A DNA stretch of 64,000 nt from an uncultured Chloroflexia bacterium (GCA_963712745.1 CAVQJC010000020.1:512001-576000); one strand, 5' to 3'; shown: positions 20,521 through 31,259, numbered from the stretch's first letter. Numbers and translations are program-made. The notes: generated by a model not told the origin, from the letters alone.

Positions 20521-21288
20521 GTGACCGGAGAGCCCCTGTACTCGATCGTGGCCAGCCGGGCGGAGGCCCTGATCGCGTCGGGGGAATGGCAGGAAGGCGA
20601 ACGCCTGCCGCCCGAACGTCAACTGTGCCGCGATTTCGACGTCTCCCGCTCGACGCTGCGCCAGGCGCTCGGTGAGCTGGAGGAGCGCGGCCTTATCAGC
20701 CGCCACCAGGGCCGCGGGACGTACGTCACCCGGCCGCGCCTCCAGCTGCCCATCGTCGGCGTCTTCTCCATCAGGGACGCCATGGGAGCACTGGGCATGG
20801 CCATGACCACGCGGGTGCTCGATGTCCAGACGGTCGAGGCTAGCCGCCAGCTCGCGGCCGACCTGGGCTGCCTGCCCGGCGATGACGTCGTCTTCATCGA
20901 GCGGCTCCGCCTTGGTGACGGGGAGCCGATGGTGCTCGACACGGCCCACCTGCCGGCCGCCCTGTTCCCCGGCCTGGCCAAGGTCGACTTCTCACGACGC
21001 TCCCTCTACGAGGTGCTCGCGACCGACTACGGGCGCACCGTGGCCGAGGCCCAGGAGACACTCGAGCCGGTGATCCTGACGCCGCGCGAGTGCGAGCTGC
21101 TGGGCGTCCCGACCCACACGACCGCGTTGCTCACCCGCCGCGTGACCTTCGACGCACATGGCGTCGTGGTCGCGCTCGGTCATGTGCTCCTGCGCGGCGA
21201 TCGTTCTCGCTACATCTACAAGCGCACTGTGGAGACGGCGCCAGCCGCCCCGACCAGCACCATCCCCCTCACGAGGAGATCCCCTTGA
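20521..21288 (+). CDS. GntR-family (HutC/UTRA) transcriptional regulator
   Basis: [24 protein letters not shown] wHTH followed by a UTRA domain (SLYEVL). Confidence 0.93.
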   Translation: MTGEPLYSIVASRAEALIASGEWQEGERLPPERQLCRDFDVSRSTLRQALGELEERGLISRHQGRGTYVTRPRLQLPIVGVFSIRDAMGALGMAMTTRVLDVQTVEASRQLAADLGCLPGDDVVFIERLRLGDGEPMVLDTAHLPAALFPGLAKVDFSRRSLYEVLATDYGRTVAEAQETLEPVILTPRECELLGVPTHTTALLTRRVTFDAHGVVVALGHVLLRGDRSRYIYKRTVETAPAAPTSTIPLTRRSP

Positions 21289-22103
21289 CCGCTTCCGATC
21301 GCTGGCTGGCCGCCGCCCGAGATGTGCTCGAGCAGGTGACCACTACCCAGACCCAGGCCATCGAGGAGGCCAGCACGATCTTCGCCGACACCATCGCGGG
21401 CGACAGGCTCGTCCACGTCTTCGGCAGCGGCCACTCGCGTATGAACACCGAGGAGATGTTCCCGCGCATCGGCTCCTATCCGGGCTTCCATCCGGTGGCC
21501 GAGCTGGCGCTCTCCAACCACGTTGGCGTGGTCGGGCCCAACGGCCTGCGACAGGCCATGTATCTCGAGAAGGTGCCCGGCTTCGCCCGCATCATCCTGC
21601 AGCAGTTCAAGATCCACCCAGGCGACTCGTTCCTCATCTTCAGTTCGACCGGCATCAACGGCACCGTCATCGAGCTGGCCCTGCTGGTCAAGGCCATGGG
21701 CCTGGCGGTGGTGGCCGTGACATCACTGCAGCACACCAACGCCACGCCCTCGCGGCATCCCTCGGGCAAGAAGCTGGCCCAGATCGCCGACATCACCATC
21801 GACAACTGCAGCCCGCCCGGCGATGCCGTGGCTGAGATCGAGGGGGTTCCCTTCAAGGTGGGCCCGGTCAGCTCCATCGGCGCCATCGCCGTGGTCAATG
21901 CGCTCAAGTCACGCACCGCGGAGCTGATGGTCGAACGCGGCGTCGTGCCGACCGTCCTCACCAGCCCGCACTTCGAGGGCAGTGCCGTCGGTCCGGAGCA
22001 GCTGGAGAAGGTCTACGAGGAGTACTTCCGCCGGGTCAAGCAGGCCTACGACTCCGAGGGCGCCATCCCCGTGCCCGAGTCGTGGGACGGGACCCCGGCG
22101 TGA
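21285..22103 (+). CDS. SIS-domain sugar-phosphate isomerase
   Basis: VFGSGHS, FSSTGIN, VTS and IDN..GDA motifs; TTG start overlapping the GntR stop, with a GAGGAG SD. Confidence 0.88.
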   Translation: MTASDRWLAAARDVLEQVTTTQTQAIEEASTIFADTIAGDRLVHVFGSGHSRMNTEEMFPRIGSYPGFHPVAELALSNHVGVVGPNGLRQAMYLEKVPGFARIILQQFKIHPGDSFLIFSSTGINGTVIELALLVKAMGLAVVAVTSLQHTNATPSRHPSGKKLAQIADITIDNCSPPGDAVAEIEGVPFKVGPVSSIGAIAVVNALKSRTAELMVERGVVPTVLTSPHFEGSAVGPEQLEKVYEEYFRRVKQAYDSEGAIPVPESWDGTPA

Positions 22104-23449
22104 CGACCGCGGGACTCCGGATCGACCCGCCGCTGGCGGCCGAGGCCGAGGTGGTGGTGGTCGGCTCCGGCAGCGCCGGCTCCGCCGCTGCCATCGCCGC
22201 CGCGCGCACAGGCGCCAGCGTCCTGCTCATCGAGAAGCAGGGCTTCATGGGCGGCACCAGCACCGCGGTCCTGGACACGTTCTACGGCTTCTACACGCCC
22301 GGCAGCGGCTCGCTCAAGGTCGCCGGTGGCGTCTCCGATGAGGTGGTGGCCGGACTGCGCGCGCTGGGCCCGGTCGTGGTCCGGCCCAACACCTACGGTG
22401 CCGGCACCGGAGTCACCTACAACAGCGAGCACCTCAAGCTGGTGTGGGAGCGCCTCGCCACCGAAGCCGGGGTACGTGTGCTGCTGCACGGCTTCCTGCA
22501 GGACGCCATCACCCGCGACGGCCGGGTCACCGAGCTGCTGGTGGCCACCAAGGCCGGGCTCGTGCGCATCGGCGGTCGCGTGTTCGTGGATGCCAGTGGC
22601 GACGCCGACCTGGCCCACCATGCCGGCTTCGGCTATGAACTGGCGGGTACCCAGGAGCCGGCCCAAACGCTGACGACGACCTTCAAGATGGTCAACGTCG
22701 ACATCGCGGCGCGCAAGCTCATCAGTACTGCCGAGATGCACGACCTGATGGGCGAGGCTGCTGATTCGGGCGAGTACGACCTGCCCCGCCGTGAGGGCTC
22801 GGACCACGTCACGCCCATCGAGGGCGTGGTGGCCACGATCATGACGCGCCTGCCCTCGTACCGCGAGGGGGACGGTGGAGTGGTCAACGCCACCGATCCC
22901 GAACTGCTGGCCGAGGCCGAGATCCGCGGCCGCCGCCAGGCGCTCGAGTACGCCCGCTTCCTGCAGCACAAGGTGCCCGGCTACCAGGACGCGTCACTGG
23001 TGGCGCTCTCGACGCAGATCGGCGTGCGCGAGACCCGCCGCGTCTACGGGGACTACCGACTGACCCGTGAGGATGTCCTCGGCGCACGCCGCTTCGACGA
23101 CGAGGTCGGCCTCTGCGGAGCGCCCATCGAGGACCACCACTCCGGCGCCGACACGAAGTGGCAGTACCTGCCCGATGGCGAGGTCGTGGGCATCCCCTAC
23201 CGCACGCTGATCGTTCGCGACTCGGCCAACACCCTCGTCGCCGGCCGCTGCTTCAGCGCCACCCACGACGCCCACGCCTCGGTACGCTCGATGGCCCAGA
23301 CGATGGCCATGGGCCAGGCTGCCGGCACGGCGGCTGCGCAGGCGGTGGCGGCCGGACTCGATCCGCGGGATGTCGACGTGACCGTGCTGCGCGAGCGGCT
23401 GCGGTCCGATGGTGCCGTCCTCGACGTGTCCGCCCAGGCCGGTGTCTGA
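22100..23449 (+). CDS. FAD-dependent oxidoreductase (FAD_oxidored family)
   Basis: VVGSGSAG..AAIAAAR, DASGDAD, GVRETRR, IPYRTL and AGRCFSA motifs. Confidence 0.9.
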   Translation: MTTAGLRIDPPLAAEAEVVVVGSGSAGSAAAIAAARTGASVLLIEKQGFMGGTSTAVLDTFYGFYTPGSGSLKVAGGVSDEVVAGLRALGPVVVRPNTYGAGTGVTYNSEHLKLVWERLATEAGVRVLLHGFLQDAITRDGRVTELLVATKAGLVRIGGRVFVDASGDADLAHHAGFGYELAGTQEPAQTLTTTFKMVNVDIAARKLISTAEMHDLMGEAADSGEYDLPRREGSDHVTPIEGVVATIMTRLPSYREGDGGVVNATDPELLAEAEIRGRRQALEYARFLQHKVPGYQDASLVALSTQIGVRETRRVYGDYRLTREDVLGARRFDDEVGLCGAPIEDHHSGADTKWQYLPDGEVVGIPYRTLIVRDSANTLVAGRCFSATHDAHASVRSMAQTMAMGQAAGTAAAQAVAAGLDPRDVDVTVLRERLRSDGAVLDVSAQAGV

Positions 23450-23465
23450 GGGGTATCGTCGGACC

Positions 23466-24464
23466 ATGGATGAGCGCACCCGGGCGAGCGGCCGCTGGTG
23501 GCTTGGTTTCGACATCGGCGGCACCCGCACCAAGGCCGGCATCGTCAACGACGCGGGCAGGGTGACCGACGCCCACCTCGAGGAGACCGGGCATCGCCAC
23601 TTCGACTACGTCTGGGAGCGCATGCTGGCCTACGCCGACAAGGCCATCGAGTCGGAGGGGCCGAACCTGGCCGGTGTGGGCATCGCCGCCCCCGGCCTGG
23701 TGGAGCCCTCCTTCGGGGTGCGCAACCTGCCGGGCAAGGTCCCGGGCATCGAGGACTTCCCCATGCGCGAGCGGCTCGCAGCGCACCTCGACGTCCCCGT
23801 GCGCTGCGTCAACGACGGCGCTGCGGCCACCCTCGCGGAGTGGGCCTTCGGCGTGGCCCAGGGCTACGACGACGTGGTGGGCCTGACCATCGGCACCGGC
23901 ATCGGCGTGGGTGTCATCATCGGCGGCCGGCCATTGGCCACCAAGAACCTCGCCGGTGGTGTCTCGTTCGGCCACGCCACCATCACCACCGGCGGCCGTA
24001 CCTGCCTCTGCGGCAATATCGGCTGTGCCGAGACGCTGGTCTCGGCCAACGCCGTGGTCGGTCGCATGCGCGACTACGTCGCGCGCAAGGTGCCCTCCAC
24101 CATCACCGAGGCCTACGAGCACGACCCCGGCGCCATCACCTTCCGCACCCTGGTGGAGGGTGTCGATGCCGGCGACCGCGTGGCCAAGGAGATCATGCAG
24201 CAGTACACGCGTGATCTGGGCGCCACCATCGTCACCGCTATCCATGCCTACGACCCCGAGGTCGTCGTCCTCGCTGGCGGGCCCATGGGCCAGGCCGACC
24301 ACTTCGTGCCCCAGGTCCAGGCCTATGTCGACCGCTATGCCTTCCGTTACCCCAAGGAACGCGTCATCCCCATCCTTCGCGCCGAGCGCTCCGACCATGC
24401 CGGGGTCCTCGGTGCCGTCGCCCGTGTCATGCAGTCGGTCGCCGACCACGCCCCCGCGAGGTGA
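23466..24464 (+). CDS. ROK-family sugar kinase
   Basis: DIGGT, ND..A..E, GTGIG and GH..CLCGNIGCAE motifs; no HTH. Confidence 0.92.
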   Translation: MDERTRASGRWWLGFDIGGTRTKAGIVNDAGRVTDAHLEETGHRHFDYVWERMLAYADKAIESEGPNLAGVGIAAPGLVEPSFGVRNLPGKVPGIEDFPMRERLAAHLDVPVRCVNDGAAATLAEWAFGVAQGYDDVVGLTIGTGIGVGVIIGGRPLATKNLAGGVSFGHATITTGGRTCLCGNIGCAETLVSANAVVGRMRDYVARKVPSTITEAYEHDPGAITFRTLVEGVDAGDRVAKEIMQQYTRDLGATIVTAIHAYDPEVVVLAGGPMGQADHFVPQVQAYVDRYAFRYPKERVIPILRAERSDHAGVLGAVARVMQSVADHAPAR

Positions 24465-24498
24465 CCGCCGTCCTCACCCCTAGCCGATAGGAGGCACC

Positions 24499-25458
24499 AT
24501 GCCCTTTGCCCGCACCGTCCTCGGCGACATCGCACCCGAGGAACTCGGCATCGTCTACGCCCATGAGCACCTCGTCATCCACGGGGGGCGCCCTGTCCAG
24601 TTGTTCCCGGACTTCGAGCTGGCCGACGTGGGCAAGGCCGTGGCCGAGCTTGCTCCCGCGCAGGACCTGGGCTTGCGCACGGTCGTCGACGCCATGCCCG
24701 CCGACTGCGGTCGCGACGTGCTCATGCTGGCCCAGATCGCCCGACAAAGCGGGGTCAACGTCATCGCGCCGTCCGGCCTCCATCACGAGCGCTACTACCA
24801 CGACCGCCACTGGTCGGTGCGCCTGGGCGCCGAGGAGATCGCCGACCTCTTCGTGGCCGACATCGAGGACGGCATCGACGAGCTCGACTACAACGGACCC
24901 ATCGTCAAGCGCACCGAGCACAGGGCCGGCGTGATGAAGGTCGCCGGCTCCACCGACGGCCCGTCGGCACGCGACGAGAAGGTCTTCGCCGCTGCCGCCA
25001 TGGCCCAGCGCCGCACGGGTTGCCCCATCCTGACCCACTGCGAGGGCGGCACCGGTGCGCTCGAGCAGGTGGAGCTGCTGGTCAGGCACGGCAGCGACCC
25101 GGCGCACATCGTCCTCTCCCACGTCGACAAGGTGGTCGACCGTGGATACATGCGCGAGATCGCCGCCACCGGTGCCCGCGTCGAATACGACCAGGGCTTC
25201 CGCTGGGGGGAGGCCGAGAACGGCACCCTGCAGTTGCTCGAGTGGGCGGCTGAAGACGGCCTGCTCGGCCACATCACGCTGGGGCTCGATGCGGCCCGAC
25301 AGGGGTATTGGATCCAGTTCGGGGGCGCGCCCGGCTGGACCTACCTGCTGGGGGAGTTCGCCGGTCTCATGCGTGAGCGCGGGCTCGGCGACGCCGAGCT
25401 GCATAGCCTGTTCGTCGAGGCACCGGGAGGTGCCTACACCTTCGGAGAGCCAGCATGA
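24499..25458 (+). CDS. Phosphotriesterase-related amidohydrolase/lactonase
   Basis: HEH, K of GVMKVA, THC, SHVD and D metal ligands. Confidence 0.9.
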   Translation: MPFARTVLGDIAPEELGIVYAHEHLVIHGGRPVQLFPDFELADVGKAVAELAPAQDLGLRTVVDAMPADCGRDVLMLAQIARQSGVNVIAPSGLHHERYYHDRHWSVRLGAEEIADLFVADIEDGIDELDYNGPIVKRTEHRAGVMKVAGSTDGPSARDEKVFAAAAMAQRRTGCPILTHCEGGTGALEQVELLVRHGSDPAHIVLSHVDKVVDRGYMREIAATGARVEYDQGFRWGEAENGTLQLLEWAAEDGLLGHITLGLDAARQGYWIQFGGAPGWTYLLGEFAGLMRERGLGDAELHSLFVEAPGGAYTFGEPA

Positions 25459-26615
25459 CACCGCGTGAACGGATCCTGGCCGCGCTCGACCACCGCGAGT
25501 CCGACCGCATCCCCATCGACATGGGCAGCTCCATCGTGACCTCCATCACCCGGGCTGCCTATGAACCTCTGCGCGAGTACCTGGGCTTGCCGGCCGAGGA
25601 GGTCGTCGTCTACGACGAGGTGCAGCAGCTGCCCTACGTGGGTGAGGATGTGCTCACCCGTTTCGGCGTCGACACGCGCATGGTCCAGCTGCCGCCCACG
25701 CACGTGAAGGGCGTGGAGATCGTGGACGAGGGCGACTACTGGGCGATGTGGGATCGCTGGGGCGCGAAGATGCGCATGCCCAAGGACAAGCCCCTCTACT
25801 ACGACTGGGTCGAGTTCCCCATCAACGACATGGAGCTCTCCACGCTGGAGTCCTACCGGTGGCCCGAGCCCGACCCGCCCGAGCTCATCGCCGACCTTGG
25901 CACCAGGGCCCAGGAGCTGCGCGCGACGACCGACTACGCCCTGATCGGCTCGGGCGTCATCGGGGGCGGCATCTTCGAGCAGTCCTGCCGGGTCATGGGC
26001 ATGGAGCCGTTCATGATGTCGATGCTCATGGAGCCGCCATTCGCGAACAAGCTGGCCGATCGCATCACCGATATCTACATCGAGTCGGTCGACCGCTATC
26101 TCGGCCAGGTGGGCGAGCTCATCGACGTCTTCACCTTCTGGGACGACGTGGCCACGCAGCAGGGCTGGATGATCAATCCCGACTCCTACGTCGAGGTCAT
26201 CAAGCCGCGTCAGAAGCGCCTCTTCGCTGCTATCAAGGAGCGCACCGAGGCCAAGATCTTCTATCACGGCTGCGGCGCGGTCTACGAGCTCATCCCGCAC
26301 CTCATCGAGATCGGGGTGGACATCATCAACCCGGTGCAGGTCAGCGCCGAGGGCATGGACTCCGCCCGCTTGAAGAAGGCCTACGGGGACGACATCGTCT
26401 TCTGGGGCGGCGGCGTGGACACGCAGAAGGTGCTGCCCTTCGGCACGCCGCAGGAAGTGCGTGACGAGGTCAAGCGCCGCATCGACGACTTCGCCCCCGG
26501 TGGCGGTTTCGTCTTCGCCACCGTGCACAACATCCAGGCCTACGTGCCGCCGCAGAACATCGAGGCTGCCTTCGACACGGCCCTGACCTACGGTGCCAGT
26601 CCCGCCGCGGTCTAG
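25455..26615 (+). CDS. UroD/MtaA-CmuA-family methyltransferase-like protein #1
   Basis: MTPRER..DRIPID, DRWG, FYHGCG, NPVQ, FWGGGVDTQ and HNIQ motifs. Confidence 0.88.
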   Translation: MTPRERILAALDHRESDRIPIDMGSSIVTSITRAAYEPLREYLGLPAEEVVVYDEVQQLPYVGEDVLTRFGVDTRMVQLPPTHVKGVEIVDEGDYWAMWDRWGAKMRMPKDKPLYYDWVEFPINDMELSTLESYRWPEPDPPELIADLGTRAQELRATTDYALIGSGVIGGGIFEQSCRVMGMEPFMMSMLMEPPFANKLADRITDIYIESVDRYLGQVGELIDVFTFWDDVATQQGWMINPDSYVEVIKPRQKRLFAAIKERTEAKIFYHGCGAVYELIPHLIEIGVDIINPVQVSAEGMDSARLKKAYGDDIVFWGGGVDTQKVLPFGTPQEVRDEVKRRIDDFAPGGGFVFATVHNIQAYVPPQNIEAAFDTALTYGASPAAV

Positions 26616-27910
26616 ATCCCGAAGACAGACCTCGTCAGCTCCACCCAGCGGGCGAGCCGGGTGCGGTCACCGGCTACGTCGTAGACGTCGCGGAACAGCA
26701 GCTCGACGTTGCAGTCGTGCGCCTTGGCCGCCTCGTACGTCCGACGCAGGTCCGCCTCCGCGCGATCCCAGTGCGCAGATGGTCCGCTGATGGGCACCGG
26801 GTCGGGCTTGCGGCTGAAGACGTAGCGGTCACCCAGCCTCTCCGCCATGACGTCGAAGTCGGCCCAGGGCGTGACCGACACCGAGCGCAAGTTGGGCATG
26901 GCCTCGATGATCAGCTCGAGGCGGTCGGTGTTGGGCTCGCAGCAGCCGTAGTAGACGAGGCCGAAGCGGTCGGTCACGCGCTTCAGATAGGGCAGCACGA
27001 ACTCGGCGAACATGGCCGGGCTGATGGGCGCGGATTCCTGCGATTCAGCCCAGCACCAGAGGTCGCCGAGCGTTCCCGGCGCCTCATCGGGCGAGGGCAG
27101 GTCGGAGCAGTAGCCGTAGGCCCGCGGTCCCGCCAGCATGTTGTCGGTGTTGGGCACGATCAGTCCCTCCGCCTCGAGCAGACCGAACTGACGCTCGCGG
27201 TCGGCGACCATGTACTCCATCAGCGCATGGATGGTCTCGGGCGACTCGTAGACCCATGACAGCAGTCCGTCGTTGCCGATGAAGCGGTAGATCTGCCAGG
27301 TCAGTCCGATGAAGTAGTTGCCGGCCCAGGACTCGGCCCCTTCGTCGGTCATGAAGTGGTCATAGTTGCCGACCTTCACCGCCAGGATGTCGCCGAATGT
27401 ATCCTCCAGCAGCTGCTGCTTGCCCAGCGTGCCCTCCCGGTCCAGGCTGAACTGCCGTGGCCGAAGGCGTTCCACGTCCGCCGGCGTCTTGATGGGGAAG
27501 TTGAAGGTGTAGCCGATGGCCGAGCCGTCGGCCGCCGCGGGTCCCGGGATCTGGATGACATCCACGCCCCAGCCTGTGGCGCGGACTTCCCAGCCGAGGC
27601 GGTAGTAGGGCTCGAAGACGATGTCGTCGCCGACCTCATCGAAATGGTGGATGTGCTCGAGCATCGTGGCCTCGACCGCGCGCAGCACCGGGTGCTCGCA
27701 GCGCAGCTCGTCGCCGCGCACGTACCGGTCCACCGTGCCCACCTCGAAGAGCACCATCGGCCGCTCAGGCCGCAGATCGTGCAGCGCCCGCCACTGCCGC
27801 TTGCGCTCCTCCATGACCGGCAGCGCTGCGATCTCCGCCCAGCGGCTGGCCAATGCGCGGATGGTCTCGCGGTCGGCCGCCGTCGGAACCGACTCGGTCG
27901 TGGATAGCAT
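26612..27910 (-). CDS. Divergent UroD-superfamily protein #2
   Basis: ISPAMFAEFVLPY, YYGCCEP, SVTPW and FSRKP motifs. Confidence 0.75.
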   Translation of the reverse strand: MLSTTESVPTAADRETIRALASRWAEIAALPVMEERKRQWRALHDLRPERPMVLFEVGTVDRYVRGDELRCEHPVLRAVEATMLEHIHHFDEVGDDIVFEPYYRLGWEVRATGWGVDVIQIPGPAAADGSAIGYTFNFPIKTPADVERLRPRQFSLDREGTLGKQQLLEDTFGDILAVKVGNYDHFMTDEGAESWAGNYFIGLTWQIYRFIGNDGLLSWVYESPETIHALMEYMVADRERQFGLLEAEGLIVPNTDNMLAGPRAYGYCSDLPSPDEAPGTLGDLWCWAESQESAPISPAMFAEFVLPYLKRVTDRFGLVYYGCCEPNTDRLELIIEAMPNLRSVSVTPWADFDVMAERLGDRYVFSRKPDPVPISGPSAHWDRAEADLRRTYEAAKAHDCNVELLFRDVYDVAGDRTRLARWVELTRSVFGI

Positions 27911-28172
27911 GCGTTCCCTTCCCAGGTGATCTCGGGCCGTTGGCCGACCGATGACGCCAGGGTCGGTCGGGGCTGCCGGCAGGAAACACGGTACATCGTA
28001 GGCGTACCCGACCGTCGATCGTGAGATCGTACCCGCGCACCCGATCGCATCGGCTCGCCAGACGAGGCCGGCACAGTCTGAGCAAGCCTCGGCCTGAGCG
28101 GGCGCGGTCTGAGTCTCAGCGGCCCAGCGTGGGCGGCTACTCTCGAAGGGTGATCGCGACGCGAGGCCGAAC

Positions 28173-29156
28173 TTGACCCGCGCCTACCTGCTGCTCATCG
28201 GCCTGGTGGTCGTCTGGGGCAGCCACTGGGTCGTGGTCAAGGTCGGGTTGGAGACGATCCCACCCTTCACCTACGGCGTGCTGCGCCTCGTGGGCGGCAT
28301 GGTCGTGCTGGCGGCGCTCATGGCCGCGACCGGCCGACTCAGGCGGCCCGAGCGGCTCGACTGGCCCATCATCGTCTCCTACGGCTTGCTGGCGGTGGCG
28401 CTAGGGATCGCCATGATGAACCTGGCCCTGCCGCACATCCCGGCCGGCCGCTCCTCGATCCTGGCCTACACCATCCCGCTGTGGGTGGTTCCGGTCATGC
28501 TGGTCGTGGCTCGCGTGCTGCCCACCCGCGCGGAGCTGCTCGGCCTCGGGCTGGGCCTTCTCGGACTCGTGCTCTTGCTCAACCCCGTGGCCATCGACTG
28601 GGGCGGAGAGGGGGCACTGTTGGGCAGCCTGCTCTTGGTGGTCGGCGCGATGGGTGCGGCGGTGGCCCTCGTCCACGTGCGCATGCACCCCTGGAAGGGC
28701 ACGCCCTTCGACACGCAGATCTGGCAGCTGCTGGTGGCGCTGGTGCCCATGATCGTCCTCTGGCTTGTCCTGGAACGCGACAGAATCGGCCAGATCAGCT
28801 GGGATCTGCCTACCGCCCTGGCGGTCCTCTACTCGGGTCCGCTGGCGACGGCATTCGCCTTCTGGGCCTCGCAGATGATCGTCCGGGCACTGGGGCCGCT
28901 GACCACCGGCATCGGCTACCTGGGGGCGCCGGTGGTGGGCGTCATCGCCGGCATCATCGTGCTCGGTGAGGTCATCAGCCCCCTCGACATCGCCGGCGTG
29001 CTCGCAACCGGCGCCGGCATCGTCGTGGTGCTCCTGGCTCAGCGTGCCGCGGCGGCGTCACGCGGGGCGGACGACGACGATGCTGGCGGCCCGGCGGTGG
29101 AGGTCATGCTGCCCGACGGTGCCGAGCTGCCCGAGTTGCCCCGGCGAGGCTCGTGA
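28173..29156 (+). CDS. DMT/EamA-family transporter
   Basis: About 10 TM helices with two EamA repeats (VVWG..PP..LR; P..G..LGE). Confidence 0.9.
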   Translation: MTRAYLLLIGLVVVWGSHWVVVKVGLETIPPFTYGVLRLVGGMVVLAALMAATGRLRRPERLDWPIIVSYGLLAVALGIAMMNLALPHIPAGRSSILAYTIPLWVVPVMLVVARVLPTRAELLGLGLGLLGLVLLLNPVAIDWGGEGALLGSLLLVVGAMGAAVALVHVRMHPWKGTPFDTQIWQLLVALVPMIVLWLVLERDRIGQISWDLPTALAVLYSGPLATAFAFWASQMIVRALGPLTTGIGYLGAPVVGVIAGIIVLGEVISPLDIAGVLATGAGIVVVLLAQRAAAASRGADDDDAGGPAVEVMLPDGAELPELPRRGS

Positions 29157-29166
29157 GTGGTCGCAA

Positions 29167-29874
29167 CTAGTACAGCAGCTCGAGGCGGGCCGCGCCCCAG
29201 AGGACGTGCCAGAGCAGGTAGTAGCACACGCGGAGCCAGAGCATGGGCAGGTAGCCGTAGCGTCGTAGCAGAAGCAGCTGCACGATGCCGAAGAGGTACA
29301 CGTGCGGCATGACGAAGGCCGGCAAGGACGAGCCCAGGGCCAGCTGGGCTAGCGGCTCGACCGCCGCCGTGGAAAGGACGAGCGCCCATACCCGGCGGTC
29401 AAGAGCGCGGCCCCTGAAGCGTGCGCCAGAGACCCAGGTGAGGCCGGCCAGCGGCAGCAGGTGGAAGGCGGCCTCGGCGACGAGCGCTATGGTCGGGTAG
29501 AACAGCCAGGCATCGGGCCAGGCCACATTGACGTCTGGCGGGAAGCCGACGGCAACGTCAACAGCCATCGCGACCGCGGCGAACGGCAGCGTGGCCAGCG
29601 TCGCGATGGCCAGGCCACGAACGGTTCGCGAGCGGCACGCTGCCCGCCAGAAACCGCGCCCTTCGAGCAGCCACAGCGCGCCGGCTCCGAGGGCACCGGC
29701 AGCGACGACGGTGAGCGTCGGCGGCAGCGGCCCGATGAACCGCTCGAAGTCAGCGGGAGCCCGGGCCTGCAGTGCCGCGGCGGCGACGGTGGCCGCCCCT
29801 GTCGCGGCCATCCAGGGAACGTAGGCCCGAAGCCTGTCCAGTCGGCGCAGCTCTGCGATCGATTTCCGCGGCAT
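29167..29874 (-). CDS. Membrane protein, CPBP/CAAX-protease-like
   Basis: Multi-TM; AEAAFH, PHVY and WHVLWG resemble CPBP motifs. Start placed at ATG 29874. Confidence 0.6.
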   Translation of the reverse strand: MPRKSIAELRRLDRLRAYVPWMAATGAATVAAAALQARAPADFERFIGPLPPTLTVVAAGALGAGALWLLEGRGFWRAACRSRTVRGLAIATLATLPFAAVAMAVDVAVGFPPDVNVAWPDAWLFYPTIALVAEAAFHLLPLAGLTWVSGARFRGRALDRRVWALVLSTAAVEPLAQLALGSSLPAFVMPHVYLFGIVQLLLLRRYGYLPMLWLRVCYYLLWHVLWGAARLELLY

Positions 29875-29935
29875 GGATCCCCTGACCCAGATGCTAGCAG
29901 CGGCTGGACGGGCGCTCCGGGGCCTCGAGACCGTG

Positions 29936-30009
29936 GCGGCCCAGCGGCCCGGCGGCCCAGCGGCCCAGCGGCCACCGGCGGCCCAGCGGCCCGGCGGCCC
30001 GGCGGCCAC
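29936..30009. repeat. Tandem 8-bp repeat (GCGGCCCR) x9
   Basis: Read directly; two units carry the GCGGCCAC variant. Lies between divergent genes. Confidence 0.85.
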
Positions 30010-30092
30010 CCCCGGGCGGCCCCCGTCCGGCAGTCCTTCGGCACTGGTGCCACGCGGCCCTGTTGCCCGAGCCTTGGAACACGGGAGGGGCC

Positions 30093-31259
30093 ATGCCGAC
30101 AGGGAATCAGATCGTTCCGGACCAGGCTCGTACAGCCGACGTGCTGGCACGCATCGGGGCCGCCTACCGGCACGAGGATGTGCCGGGACCGGCGGTCCTC
30201 ATCGGCGACGCCAACTACTGGATCACCGGCGAGGATCCGGCCCTCATCCCAAGCGACTACTTCGACGACGGCGCCTTTGACACGATGCTGGCCTTCCAGG
30301 AGGCCAAGATCGCGGCGCACCTCGCGAACATCCCCGATGACGTGTACATCCCCTACCTCTTTCCCTGGTATGGCACCGGCGTAGTGCCCTCGGCCATGGG
30401 CTGCCGCATCCTCTTCCAGCGCGGCGAAGAGCCGGCCGTCGAGGGTCCCTTCATCGACGACCCCGCAGACGTCGCCCGGCTCGAGCTCCCCCATCCGCAG
30501 CGAGATGGGCTGATGCCCCGGGTGCTCGCCTGCATCGACCACTTCCGGGCCCACTCCGCCCTGCCCATCAGCTTCACCGACAGCCAGGGCCCCCTCAATA
30601 TCGCCCTCAACCTGGTGAGCCTCGAACGCCTGTGCATCTGGATGTTCGAGCGCCCCACTGTCGTCCACGACCTGATGGACCTCTGCACCACCGCGCTCAT
30701 CGAGTGGATCCGAGTGCAGAAGGAGCGCGCGCGGACGCCGCTCGACAGAGGCGCGTTTCCGCACATGATCGCCATACCGCCCGGGTTCGGCGGGGTTTGG
30801 CTCTCCGACGACGACAGCACCGTGCTCTCACCCGAGCTCTATCGCGAGTTCGTGGTGCCCTACAACGGTCGCGTCTTCGAGGTCTTCGGTGGGGGCACGC
30901 TGCACTACTGCGGCAACGCCCGTCACCAGCTGCAGAACTACCTGGCTACGCCCGGGCTGGTGGGGCTCAACGCCTGGTGCATGGGTGAGTTCGGGCAGAT
31001 CTTCGAGGCCCAGCGGATCATCGGTGACCGGGCGGTGATCATGGTCTGCGACTACACGCCCACCGATGTGGAGGCCTACTTCCGCGACCTCTTCGCGGGC
31101 CTGCGCACGCGTGGAACGATCGTTGCCACCTACCCGTCGGCAGCCACCGCGCTCAACTACGGCACCGCGCAGGTGGTACCCGTCCGGCGTGACTCGGTCG
31201 CGACCGCGCGACGCGCGTGGGAGACCATCGCCCGCGTCAGTGAAGGGAGCAGTCGATGA
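30093..31259 (+). CDS. UroD/MtaA-family protein #3
   Basis: TDSQGPLNIA, LSDD..LSPELYREFVVPY and LHYCG motifs; GGGAGG SD. Confidence 0.8.
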   Translation: MPTGNQIVPDQARTADVLARIGAAYRHEDVPGPAVLIGDANYWITGEDPALIPSDYFDDGAFDTMLAFQEAKIAAHLANIPDDVYIPYLFPWYGTGVVPSAMGCRILFQRGEEPAVEGPFIDDPADVARLELPHPQRDGLMPRVLACIDHFRAHSALPISFTDSQGPLNIALNLVSLERLCIWMFERPTVVHDLMDLCTTALIEWIRVQKERARTPLDRGAFPHMIAIPPGFGGVWLSDDDSTVLSPELYREFVVPYNGRVFEVFGGGTLHYCGNARHQLQNYLATPGLVGLNAWCMGEFGQIFEAQRIIGDRAVIMVCDYTPTDVEAYFRDLFAGLRTRGTIVATYPSAATALNYGTAQVVPVRRDSVATARRAWETIARVSEGSSR

